Translations under genes and position numbers: made by a program | Shown here: piece after piece, positions 1 to 9,133 of the stretch | Position numbering within the stretch: position 1 is the first letter of the stretch | Layout of the letters: the number at the start of each line of letters is the position of its first letter | Source: Minisyncoccia bacterium | GTDB lineage: Bacteria; Patescibacteriota; Minisyncoccia; Phycocordibacterales; UBA6065 | DNA length: 51,828 nt | Assembly: GCA_044233485.1 (NCBI GenBank) | Contig: JBIIJY010000002.1 | Span: 74,047-125,874, forward strand | Reading direction: 5' to 3' | Notes under the pieces: generated by a model | The model's input: the letters and a program-made list of their open reading frames with translations, nothing else | What the model was told of the DNA's origin: nothing | Databases searched by the model: none

Positions 1-241
1 CCCAGGTAGAAGTCCGGTCACGATCGTAGCGCATGAACTCGACCGCTTCTTGAGCTAAAAGTGATGCGGTGAGAGTCTCTCGGGAAAACGCACTCGAGGA
101 GAGGCTGGCCGTCACCACCGAGATCGGTCCAGTAATTGCCAAAGTTAAAATCGCCACCGCAACTAGAGTTTCGATAATGGTAAAACCACGCGAATCGACT
201 CTCGAGAGTTTATGTTTGTTATGACTAAAGGGTCTCCACAT
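1..241 (-). CDS. Prepilin-type (pseudopilin-like) protein, N-terminal part; the gene runs off the left edge
   Basis: Reverse translation from the ATG at 241-239 gives MWRPFSHNKHKLSRVDSRGFTIIETLVAVAILTLAITGP... This has the G|FTxxE prepilin cleavage/methylation motif followed by a hydrophobic helix. It is absent from the ORF track because it is truncated. Confidence 0.7.
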   Translation of the reverse strand, partial: MWRPFSHNKHKLSRVDSRGFTIIETLVAVAILTLAITGPISVVTASLSSSAFSRETLTASLLAQEAVEFMRYDRDRTSTW

Positions 242-294
242 ATCTCTTAGTATACCTTAGAGCGCGACGCTCGTCGGCGTGGGCGTGGGCACAT

Positions 295-1158
295 CTACAT
301 ACCCAAAACGATCATCACTAGCGCAGGAACATCAAACACGACTTTACCCAAGACTAGCACAAGAAAAGCACCGAGAATCATGAATGGTGCAAACGGAACT
401 TCGCTTTTCATTCCCACACGAAGCTTTTTCTCTCGACTGGCATAGCCACCTAGCAAGAGCAATATCGCATACCCTGCTCCGATCCAGAACGCATAAATAA
501 TACTATTGATTCCAAATGATATACCGAGCATGTTCCCGATACCAAAGGCCAGGATCCCATCACCAAGCCCCATCCACTTTCCTCGCGAGACACCCCAGAG
601 GAGCAAAAATGGTACTGCACAGATGACTCCAGAAAAGACATCTAGGTAGGAGAGTATCGTGGCGACTGGCGAGACTAGTCCTGCCGATTCACCGGCAAGA
701 AGTGGAATCAGGGTATGTATTGGGACAATGAGTGAGAGAGCGTTGAAAATCCACAATGGAATTCCAGGAAGCATTTTATGAGCCACATCATAGAGCCCGA
801 TGATGATGAGGAGTGAGAAAAGTACCCAGAAATAAATAAGCCAGATCGGGCCGCTTGTGACATGTGCAAGTACAGTAAACACAACCGCGGTGAGCATCTC
901 TACCGCAAAATATCGCCACGAGATTTTTGAACTACAACTACCGCACTTTCCGCCGAGCAGAAGGAAACTCGCCAGTGGTACAAGCTCAAACCATGAGAGT
1001 TTTTTTCCGCATGAAAAACAAATTGACCGACCAGAGAGTGATGAGCGACCAGTACCATATCGAAGGGCGACAACATTAATGAAACTTCCGACAAGTGCTC
1101 CGAGGACGAAATAAAAGAGGTACTCAGTAACAAAATTGGTTGCGTATATTGGATACAT
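295..1158 (-). CDS. pilD: Prepilin peptidase (A24 family, PilD-like)
   Basis: 287-aa polytopic membrane ORF. N-terminal Cys block (CFSCGKK...GGKCGSCSSK), then a GLYD motif and a GLGDG (GxGD-type) aspartyl-protease motif. It is embedded among prepilin genes. Confidence 0.85.
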   Translation of the reverse strand: MYPIYATNFVTEYLFYFVLGALVGSFINVVALRYGTGRSSLSGRSICFSCGKKLSWFELVPLASFLLLGGKCGSCSSKISWRYFAVEMLTAVVFTVLAHVTSGPIWLIYFWVLFSLLIIIGLYDVAHKMLPGIPLWIFNALSLIVPIHTLIPLLAGESAGLVSPVATILSYLDVFSGVICAVPFLLLWGVSRGKWMGLGDGILAFGIGNMLGISFGINSIIYAFWIGAGYAILLLLGGYASREKKLRVGMKSEVPFAPFMILGAFLVLVLGKVVFDVPALVMIVLGM

Positions 1159-1173
1159 GATAATTAGTATATA

Positions 1174-1779
1174 TTAATTCGTAACGTCGTAGAGATTACT
1201 TGTCGGACAAAGGGCGGTATTGTTCCAGAGCACTGTGGGAAAACTACAGTTTGAAGCAGAATCACGCAGGCTCGGATTACAAGTCAAAAAGCTATAATTG
1301 CCAGTATTGGCAACATCGGCATCACTACGCAAGCTTCCTTCAGCAAGCGTGGTAGATTCTGTTGTCACCTCAAGACATGCTCCGAGTACATAGTAACGAC
1401 CCACGGGTGCGGTGCCATTTCGGCTATAGAAATATCTACCCGAGTTTCTTCCTGGGTCCAGTGGAATAGTCCGGCCTGGGAGAAACGTTCGCATATCTTG
1501 CCGCTTCCCTGTGTCATCTGAAGGATATGCGGTCGTCGGATAGAGTGTGGTTGGATAATATCCATTGAATTCACGGAAGCGAGCAAGGCCCTGGCGTATC
1601 AGCGCGATATCAGCTACACGACGGTCATCACGACCACCCGCTCGAGCTATGTCGATACGGGAAATAATGATCACTGAGAGGATGCCCATAATTGCAATCA
1701 CGACTACCAATTCTACTAGTGTAAACCCACGGGAAGTGGAATCTGCCTGCGCACTCAAACGAGAGTCTCGAAATATCAT
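1174..1779 (-). CDS. Prepilin-type N-terminal cleavage/methylation domain protein (minor pilin-like, long leader)
   Basis: ...STSRG|FTLVELVVVIAIMGILSVII motif after an 18-aa leader. TATACT at 1786-1791 lies 6 nt upstream of the ATG. Confidence 0.8.
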   Translation of the reverse strand: MIFRDSRLSAQADSTSRGFTLVELVVVIAIMGILSVIIISRIDIARAGGRDDRRVADIALIRQGLARFREFNGYYPTTLYPTTAYPSDDTGKRQDMRTFLPGRTIPLDPGRNSGRYFYSRNGTAPVGRYYVLGACLEVTTESTTLAEGSLRSDADVANTGNYSFLTCNPSLRDSASNCSFPTVLWNNTALCPTSNLYDVTN

Positions 1780-1836
1780 GATACCAGTATACCCTCCTCG
1801 CGAGAGAGCCCGGACCGGGATGTGAGTATCAGACCA

Positions 1837-2448
1837 CTAGTTGCCCACTCGTCGAGTCGTAATACTTGTCTGAAGGGAGAAGTTTGTTCGAATAGCGTTT
1901 GTCCCCACCCCGAGACTGGCACTACCGATCAGGTTCAGACGCACGAAACGCCCATCCGGTGAGATAGTAAATGAAAAAGTGTCCAGACTCACATCTTTGC
2001 CAGTCACCCGAGTCGAGTTATTTGAAATATTACAGCCCGTGAGAGTAAATGACGTTGCACTTTCACAACGCACAAGGTACTTATCGGTAGTATTAGTAAT
2101 CTGATAGTACGCCACATAAGCCGCGGCACCAGAGGTATTGGCTTGAAAAGCGATACCGCCTGGCGAAATCGCACCACCAGGGAGATTCGTCGCCGCGACG
2201 GCCGTCGCATAGTTATAACCCTGTCGAAGCTCTCGGGCAACTGTCTCGAGAGCAAATGAGAAGTTTGAAAAAACAACTTTGTCGGCTTGGTTCTTACGGT
2301 TGGCGCTGAGTACGCTCAAAATTGCCCCAGAAGAAATAAACATAATGATCGTAAAGACAAAAATCGAGACGAGCATTTCGACAAGCGTAAACCCCTGTAG
2401 AGACCGGTACTTAGATGTGTTATTTTTTGTTACCTCTGGCAAAGACAT
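1837..2448 (-). CDS. Prepilin-type N-terminal cleavage/methylation domain protein (minor pilin-like, long leader)
   Basis: ...YRSLQG|FTLVEMLVSIFVFTII motif. TATACT at 2455-2460 lies 6 nt upstream of the ATG. Confidence 0.8.
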   Translation of the reverse strand: MSLPEVTKNNTSKYRSLQGFTLVEMLVSIFVFTIIMFISSGAILSVLSANRKNQADKVVFSNFSFALETVARELRQGYNYATAVAATNLPGGAISPGGIAFQANTSGAAAYVAYYQITNTTDKYLVRCESATSFTLTGCNISNNSTRVTGKDVSLDTFSFTISPDGRFVRLNLIGSASLGVGTNAIRTNFSLQTSITTRRVGN

Positions 2449-2469
2449 TGTGTCAGTATACCTTAAAAC

Positions 2470-5442
2470 TTACCTCCCTCTCCCCATCACCCCCCTCGTA
2501 ATCGGGCCAAAGAAGCCAAGAGCGGGAGTAATGTTGTTGGCTTTCTGGTAGCGGATGAGAGCAGCACGAGTAGCAGGGCCGAAGTAGAAGGTTTCGTTGC
2601 CGGGAGAGCCGAAGCCTGTCGTAGAGACAGTGAAGCCTTGTGAGTTCAAGAAGCGTTGGAGGAGTTGGACGTCTGTACCATATGAAGAGACGGTGAGACT
2701 ACGGGTAAAGGTAGTAGGTGTAATGGGTGGTGGGAGGATGTTGGTGGTCGATGAGAGACGTAGGAGTGTAGTGGTGCCTCGGGGTGTATTGACGACGACA
2801 GGAGCAGAGCGGCCGCCTCCTCCTCCGCCGGAGCGAGAGATGGTGGTGACTACGGGAGCCGGGACAACAGTCAGAGTGAATTCTTGAGTATGGTAGAAGA
2901 CTTGAGCCGCTGAGAGTGTATCAGTGATCTTGATACTGAAGGTAGAGGTAGTAGCGGTGGTTGGAGTACCACTGATGACGCCGGTACTGGTGTTGAGAGA
3001 GAGGCCTTCGGGGAGGGTGCCGGAGGTGAGGGTGTAGGTGACGGTGCCTTGATTTGCGGAAGGGGTCAGTGTCGCACTATAACCAGTACCAGCAGTAGCA
3101 GACGCTAGCGTATCAGAAGCAAAGTCAATGAGATCAAAAAAGACAAGGCGCGTGTCGGCGTCCACCACTGACAATGTACGGGTCGTTGTAGAAAACTTTA
3201 CATCTTCATTTCTTGAAAAAGCTTCTCGAGAGGCGGCAGGAGAGGTCGCATCGGTGAAACTCTCCTTCCCTATCAATGCGACCGCAGGCTCACCGTTTGT
3301 AATTGTCTCGACGTCAAAGACGCTCACTCGGAGATTCCCCGTTTCAGAAACATAGAGCAATTTGTTGTGTGAATCGTAGGCTAGACCTTCAAGATTATTT
3401 ATTTGTGAATCTGATGTACCAGAAGAATTCGTTGTAAAATTTGGCGCACCGAGAACATAACTTGCGCTCATCCCGTTGGCAATTCCTGAAGTCAGGTCGA
3501 AAATAAGAACTCGCTCATCTTCACCCACAAAGAGTAAGTCTCGTTCTGGGTCAGAAGCAAGAGCTTGTACATTACCAGTCGATGAAGCACTCGGAAAACC
3601 GAGACCAGACCAGTCTGTAAAGTTCAACTCACCGAGAATATAACTAGCCGGCATATCGTCTGTAACTCCTCCCGAAACATCGAAGACCAGCACCCCTCGG
3701 AGATTATTTCGATCAATCACATAGAGACGATCACGAACATCATCAAGGTATAAGCCGTAGGTATAAAAACGAGTTTGAGAAACGCCGCCGCCTGATGTTG
3801 TGAAATCAGGTGCTCCGATAACATTAGCTGCACTCATCCCATTGGTGATCCCGACAGACAAGTCAAACACCAGTACCCGATACAAATTATCGGCAACATA
3901 GAGCTTCTCTGTTTTTTGACTATATGCAATTCCTACAATCCCTTCAAGATTCGCTCCACTAGCCCCACCGATTGAATTCGCGTGGATTGACGTAGCCCCC
4001 AAAATATAATCGACTTGTTTATCAACAAGCTGGTTGTTTGAATTGAGATTAAAGACTTTTACATAACTCTGATCAGCAACAAAAAGTCGATGATTCACTT
4101 CGTCGAGTGCATGATATTTGAGCTCGATGAATCCTTTGGACCGATCAGCGCTCCGCTGCGTATGCCAGGTGAACTCATTGGTACCACTCGAATTTGCTTG
4201 ACCGAGCAAGTCAATTGCGGCTTCACCATTAGTAACTGTCTCGATGTCGAAAACAAGGACACGGGCAATGTCACTAACGTACAGACGATGATTCGTGCTA
4301 TCTACAAATATTGATGGCGTACCGTAACCTACAACACTGAATGTCGAGGCCGAGACTAGTCCGTTCGTGTCAAAATATAAGTCATTTGAAGTAAACGTAC
4401 TCTGGCCAAGCACATACTGAGCCGCCTCACCATTTGTAATAGTCGTCACATCGAAAACAAGTATCCGAGCTCCCTCATTGACATAGAGCTGCCTTGTCGG
4501 ACCTGACTTGTACAGACCAACCGCCGTGAAGCTGTTGACTATATTACTCGCATTTACTGTCGCATTACTACCACTCGTGAAGTTTGGTTTACCAAGTACA
4601 TATGACGCATTCATCCCATCGACGATTCCCGAGGAAAGATCAAAGACCATCACTCTAAATCCGTCACCGACATAGAGAATATTCTCATCAAAAAAGAGTC
4701 CGTATGCATCCACCAATGAATTTCTCGCCGGCCAGGCAGAGTCAAAAGTATATGAGTCTGGTTGCCCAAGTACATTTACATTTGCCATTCCATCAACGAT
4801 TCCTGTAGAAAGATCAAAGACCATCACCCGTGCAACGTCAGCTACAAAAAGATAGTCATTAACTGAATCATATGTCAGATTCGATGGCCCCATGAATTCC
4901 GAGTCAGAGCCGGCCCCTGAACCAGGGGTTACAAAATCAGTGGTTCCAAGCACATTCACTGCGGATTCTCCATTGGTAATACTTGTAACATCGAAAACTA
5001 GTACTCGAAAGTTATCAGCATCAGTAACGAAAAGTTTTGACCCATCGCCATTGAGAGCAAGTCCGGCAGGTGTATTAAACGATGACGCATTAACTTCCCC
5101 TTCCTCTCTAAAAGAAGAGAAATCATCTGCGCCTATGACGTAATCCGCAGTTTTATCGATTAGCTGATTATCTGATGAGAGGTTATAGACGAGAATACGA
5201 GTGTAGTCAGCAATATAAAGACGGTGATTGACTGTATCCATCACCATTCTGGACGGACTACTGAAATTCCTCGCCGAGAGCGCACTTCCGTACGCAAACC
5301 CATTGGTAAAGTTCGCACTTCCGTCAGCATTGAACTGCCCGAGCACATCGCTAGCCTGGAACGCGGCAAAGGACGATTGAGGAATAACAACAAAAACCGC
5401 TAGCAGAATAAAAAACAGCCTTGTAGACAGATGAAATCTCAC
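2470..5442 (-). CDS. Secreted 990-aa NHL-type beta-propeller repeat protein with an Ig-like domain and a C-terminal peptidoglycan-binding-like domain
   Basis: GTG start and a signal-peptide-like N-terminus (LFFILLAVFVVIPQSSFA). About 12 repeats of the unit xR(V/I)(L/M)VFD(L/V)..(I/V)(T/V)(N/D)G..A..VLG. He_PIG-like segment GTLPEGLSLNTSTGVISGTP, a Gly run, and a tail DVQLLQRFLNSQGF...ATRAALIRYQKANNI resembling PG_binding_1. Confidence 0.75.
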   Translation of the reverse strand: MRFHLSTRLFFILLAVFVVIPQSSFAAFQASDVLGQFNADGSANFTNGFAYGSALSARNFSSPSRMVMDTVNHRLYIADYTRILVYNLSSDNQLIDKTADYVIGADDFSSFREEGEVNASSFNTPAGLALNGDGSKLFVTDADNFRVLVFDVTSITNGESAVNVLGTTDFVTPGSGAGSDSEFMGPSNLTYDSVNDYLFVADVARVMVFDLSTGIVDGMANVNVLGQPDSYTFDSAWPARNSLVDAYGLFFDENILYVGDGFRVMVFDLSSGIVDGMNASYVLGKPNFTSGSNATVNASNIVNSFTAVGLYKSGPTRQLYVNEGARILVFDVTTITNGEAAQYVLGQSTFTSNDLYFDTNGLVSASTFSVVGYGTPSIFVDSTNHRLYVSDIARVLVFDIETVTNGEAAIDLLGQANSSGTNEFTWHTQRSADRSKGFIELKYHALDEVNHRLFVADQSYVKVFNLNSNNQLVDKQVDYILGATSIHANSIGGASGANLEGIVGIAYSQKTEKLYVADNLYRVLVFDLSVGITNGMSAANVIGAPDFTTSGGGVSQTRFYTYGLYLDDVRDRLYVIDRNNLRGVLVFDVSGGVTDDMPASYILGELNFTDWSGLGFPSASSTGNVQALASDPERDLLFVGEDERVLIFDLTSGIANGMSASYVLGAPNFTTNSSGTSDSQINNLEGLAYDSHNKLLYVSETGNLRVSVFDVETITNGEPAVALIGKESFTDATSPAASREAFSRNEDVKFSTTTRTLSVVDADTRLVFFDLIDFASDTLASATAGTGYSATLTPSANQGTVTYTLTSGTLPEGLSLNTSTGVISGTPTTATTSTFSIKITDTLSAAQVFYHTQEFTLTVVPAPVVTTISRSGGGGGGRSAPVVVNTPRGTTTLLRLSSTTNILPPPITPTTFTRSLTVSSYGTDVQLLQRFLNSQGFTVSTTGFGSPGNETFYFGPATRAALIRYQKANNITPALGFFGPITRGVMGRGR

Positions 5443-5519
5443 ACACTTTATCGTATCACGATATTATTGTGTTTTTGAACTATCCACAGTATTGAGACAA
5501 AATGCTGAACGAACTCGAC

Positions 5520-7448
5520 TTAGCGCACCTCAAAGCCATTTTCCGTGAGGGCGGTATATACCTTGGTCAGTGGGCTTTGTATTTCTTCTTCAGCAAGCGT
5601 ATGATCGCTCGCCTGAAATACCAGCCGGAATCCGTAGGAATACTTCACCTTGCCATCGTCACCAGCTTTTTCAAAACTATCAAACAATCGCACGCGAACA
5701 CAATGCTCCCCTGCCACGTTCATAAGCATCGATGCAAGTTCTGAAGTGTCTTGTCGCTCCCGAGCAAAAAAGGCTACGTCACGAACAGCAAATGGATAGT
5801 GTGAGTACGGTGCGTACGCCCCCTGTGGTAATACGCCAAACTCAAGTGCGTCGATAGAGGTCGCAGAATCAAGAAATGTACACTCAACTTCAAGTACCCC
5901 ACCATAGACTTCTGGGACTGGCGTAAAAGCTAGCGTAGTACATGAGAGTTTCTGCTCGCGAGCACACTCCTCAAGTGCTGCTTCAAGCGCTTTTTGTACA
6001 TCAAATCCTTTTCGCTTTTTGGGCATACCGTAGGCGATAGCCACGTGTGTCTTTTCACCTGATTGAGGAAAGACAGTTCCAACTTCAAAAAGTTTTATCT
6101 CATCGAGCCCAAGCAAGTCGGCATTACGAGTATTCTTTACAAGCGCACTCGCGAGCCCTGAGCTTAACTCTTCACGAAGACAACTTTTGTCTGTCGCGAT
6201 AGGATACGCTGTCTCAAAATACCCGCGATTGACGAGTGAATAGAGCATCACCTCAGTAAAGCCTTGTCGGAGGAAACTTGTCTTCACTGACTCCATGAGC
6301 AGAAACTCATTACTGTAGACTGGCGCACTCGCGATGGTCGGCACACTGACCCCGACTCGCTCGTAGCCGAGCAAACGCCCGACTTCTTCGACGACATCTT
6401 CTCTCCGGACGAGATCCAGTCGCCACACCGGAGCGGTGACTAAGTATTCTCTAGCACCGAGAACCTCGACTTGCACCCCTAGACGATTCATTTGAGTAGT
6501 AAATTCCTGTTCAGTGACCTCGAAACCAAGGCGTGATGAAATATACGAAAGCGAGACCTGGAATGTCGGTCGCTTAGGTGGCGTAAATACTGCCACTTGA
6601 GTATCTTGAATGGTTCCAAACTGTGGCGAAGTAAGACATTTTGTGAGGCAATTAGAGAGTTCATGCATTGCCTCGAGAGTGAGCTCATCACGGACAATAT
6701 TTTCATATCGCTTTGATGCATCGGTGCGTATTCCGTGACGCACACCAGCACGTCGGACAAGTACTCCATTGAAGCACGCCGCCATGCAGAAAATCCGCTT
6801 CGTCTGAGTGTCCACTTCAGCTCGAGCTCCACCCTTAATACCAGCTAGATCCAACGGCCCCTGCTCGTCAGCGACAACATGATCATCGGCAGTAAGAGTG
6901 ATTTCTTTTCCACCAAGCAATACTAGTTTTTCACCAGCGCGAGCTTTACGAATCGTTATGTTGCCGACTATTTTGTCTGCATCAAATGCATGTAGTGGTT
7001 GCCCGAGCTCCAGCATAACACGGTTGGTCGCGTCGACAACCGGTGAAATCACTCGAACACCGACAAGTCTCAAGAGGCGCTCTGTCTCGGGAGCACTTAC
7101 TACTGTGTCAGCGCCCGTCACCACCCGAGAGACAAAGCGGCTACAGAAATCAGCGGCTTCGATTGTCACTTTCGGAGTAGCTATTCCAGACTCACCCAGA
7201 ATCGGTGCTGAGGCCTCATGCTGAAATGGTAGGCCAGTAAAGGCATGAACTTCTCGTGCGATACCAAGAAGCGAAAGAGCATAATGATTTCGATCGGCCA
7301 GTGTTTTAACATCAAAAACTGAATCACCTTCGACAGTTTCGATCCCTTCTACCTCAAACACTCGAAAGGTAAAGAGTGTTTCGAGTGTCTGCACATCCGG
7401 CAAAGCTTGATTAAATTTTGACTGCAACCAGGAGTATGGGATTTTCAT
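5520..7448 (-). CDS. pheT: Phenylalanine--tRNA ligase beta subunit (short form, 642 aa)
   Basis: N-terminus MKIPYSWLQ..., B3/4-like VVDATNRVMLELGQPLHAFD, DLAGIKGG. The ATG overlaps the pheS stop (ATGA at 7445-7448). GGAG lies 9 nt upstream. Confidence 0.9.
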   Translation of the reverse strand: MKIPYSWLQSKFNQALPDVQTLETLFTFRVFEVEGIETVEGDSVFDVKTLADRNHYALSLLGIAREVHAFTGLPFQHEASAPILGESGIATPKVTIEAADFCSRFVSRVVTGADTVVSAPETERLLRLVGVRVISPVVDATNRVMLELGQPLHAFDADKIVGNITIRKARAGEKLVLLGGKEITLTADDHVVADEQGPLDLAGIKGGARAEVDTQTKRIFCMAACFNGVLVRRAGVRHGIRTDASKRYENIVRDELTLEAMHELSNCLTKCLTSPQFGTIQDTQVAVFTPPKRPTFQVSLSYISSRLGFEVTEQEFTTQMNRLGVQVEVLGAREYLVTAPVWRLDLVRREDVVEEVGRLLGYERVGVSVPTIASAPVYSNEFLLMESVKTSFLRQGFTEVMLYSLVNRGYFETAYPIATDKSCLREELSSGLASALVKNTRNADLLGLDEIKLFEVGTVFPQSGEKTHVAIAYGMPKKRKGFDVQKALEAALEECAREQKLSCTTLAFTPVPEVYGGVLEVECTFLDSATSIDALEFGVLPQGAYAPYSHYPFAVRDVAFFARERQDTSELASMLMNVAGEHCVRVRLFDSFEKAGDDGKVKYSYGFRLVFQASDHTLAEEEIQSPLTKVYTALTENGFEVR

Positions 7449-8176
7449 TTTGTTTCTCCATTAAACTGGCGAATGAAGCGCAGATCACCCTGATACAGTT
7501 CTCGAATATCAGTAATACCGTATTTGAGCATGAGCAGTCGATCGAGCCCACCGCCAAAGGCAAACCCTTGCCATTTTGTACTATCAAGCCCCGCAGCAGT
7601 GAAGACATTTGGGTGAACAAGCCCTGCTCCGCAGATCTCGAGCCAGCGATCCCCCCACTTCATGTCCACCTCAAAGGCTGGCTCAACGAACGGAAAGTAG
7701 CTCGGTCGAAAACGAATCTCCACGTCATCTCCAAAAAGCTTCTTATACAGGTGAGTGAGTGTCCCTTTAAGATCTGCCAGTGACACTTTCTCGGCCACAT
7801 AGAGCCCTTCAAGTTGAAAGAATTGTGCTTCATGCGTTGCATCAGTCGCCTCGTTTCGATACACCTTGCCTGGGACAATTACCGCAAACGGTGGTGTGTG
7901 TGTCTGCATAAAGCGAACTTGCACCGCTGAGGTTTGTGTTCGCAAGACTCGTCGCTCCCCATCACTAAACTTATTTTTTATCCAAAACGTATCCTGCATA
8001 TCTCGAGATGGATGATCCTTGGCAACATTGAGCGCGTCGAAATTATAAAACTCAGTTTCAAGTTCTGGGCCAGAGGCGATCGTGTATCCGAGCGGCTTAA
8101 AGATTGTAGTAATCTCACGAATGAGACTACTCATCGGGTGAAGTACCCCTGTCTTTGATGGGAGAGATTCTGCCAT
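7445..8176 (-). CDS. pheS: Phenylalanine--tRNA ligase alpha subunit (short form, 243 aa)
   Basis: Class II aaRS core motifs: HPSRDMQDTFW, FRPSYFPFVEPAFEVD, GAGLVHPNV, AFGGGLDRLLMLKYGI. Ends in TGA. Confidence 0.9.
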   Translation of the reverse strand: MAESLPSKTGVLHPMSSLIREITTIFKPLGYTIASGPELETEFYNFDALNVAKDHPSRDMQDTFWIKNKFSDGERRVLRTQTSAVQVRFMQTHTPPFAVIVPGKVYRNEATDATHEAQFFQLEGLYVAEKVSLADLKGTLTHLYKKLFGDDVEIRFRPSYFPFVEPAFEVDMKWGDRWLEICGAGLVHPNVFTAAGLDSTKWQGFAFGGGLDRLLMLKYGITDIRELYQGDLRFIRQFNGETK

Positions 8177-8185
8177 AGACTTGTA

Positions 8186-9133
8186 TTATAACTCAAAGCT
8201 GAAAAGCTTGTCACCGTCTTTAAGGAAGAGTCGCCCTTCATCATCGAGTCGCACATGCGATCCTGGGACTTCATAAAGTGGCACGAGAACGTGCACCGGA
8301 TTCGTACGAACATCTTGTATGTAAACACCTGAAGGGAGCGTGATCAGCACCACATCGAGTCGTTTTGGTAAGAAAGTTACTTCTCGAGCAGATGCAAAGA
8401 CGCGCCCAAGCACGATCTCACGCGCCGGTACACCCGACTCATCGAAAAACTGCTCCGGCGCACTCTCGAGTGATTCTTCGAAGCGAGCAATGAGAGTATC
8501 TCCTCGTTCAAATATCACTACACCGTCTTTTCGAGCAAGTATGGTCGGCAATGTTGTGGTAGAACTTGTCGCACCCACCCCTTTGAGAGCTACAGTAGTT
8601 GTCGCAGTGGTCGTTGCGAAGAGGTTTTTAATGGTGAGATATTCCTCACGCACGAGCGGTGAACTCGTCGCAACTCGCTTCTGAACTTTTGGAGTCGTCG
8701 TTCCCTGACCGACACTCTGGGTCGTCGTCGATACGGTAACAAGTTCAAATTGCGGAATCTCTACCAGTTCTAGATTTTCTGGAATAAGAAAGACTGGCTC
8801 GAGACTTACTTTCTGTTCTTTTACCTTCACTGTTTTATTCCAAGTGAGCGACCCTTCTTTAACCACTTTTACTTCATAGGTCTTGGGAGTCAGCCCAGAC
8901 ACAAACACTTGCGACTTAAAGAATGAAGCTGAGTCAATCAGTACGGAGTCGAGATACACATCGGCTCGAACAGGTACTTGCGCGACCATAAGACCACCTG
9001 TCTTTACTGGACGGAAACCCTGCCCAACTCGGTATCCGAGCGAATACAAAACAACAAGTGGCACTGAGATTGCAAAGATCAGCGCGAAGCAGATGAAATA
9101 GAGTTGTCGAAAACGTCTAGTTTGTTTTTTCAT
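8186..9133 (-). CDS. Membrane-anchored PEGA-domain-like protein
   Basis: N-terminal TM helix (YFICFALIFAISVPLVVLY). PEGA-like beta segment ADVYLDSVLID...LTPKTYEVKVVKEGSLTWNKTVKV. Confidence 0.5.
   Translation of the reverse strand: MKKQTRRFRQLYFICFALIFAISVPLVVLYSLGYRVGQGFRPVKTGGLMVAQVPVRADVYLDSVLIDSASFFKSQVFVSGLTPKTYEVKVVKEGSLTWNKTVKVKEQKVSLEPVFLIPENLELVEIPQFELVTVSTTTQSVGQGTTTPKVQKRVATSSPLVREEYLTIKNLFATTTATTTVALKGVGATSSTTTLPTILARKDGVVIFERGDTLIARFEESLESAPEQFFDESGVPAREIVLGRVFASAREVTFLPKRLDVVLITLPSGVYIQDVRTNPVHVLVPLYEVPGSHVRLDDEGRLFLKDGDKLFSFEL

Noticed and set aside
2597-5143. Antisense ORFs inside long genes, for example 2597..2887, 3128..3355, 4090..4314 and 4892..5143, and similar ones throughout the track
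   Set aside because: They lie opposite well-supported long genes. They have low-complexity or Arg/Ser/Pro-rich translations and no start context, so they are typical shadow ORFs.
7445-7448. A possible UGA-recoded genetic code, as in some candidate phyla, because only RF1 is visible
   Set aside because: pheS terminates with TGA in the ATGA overlap with pheT, and 51430..51828 also ends in TGA overlapping the next ATG. Long ORFs are not interrupted by in-frame TGA. The standard code 11 fits, and RF2 is presumably encoded elsewhere.
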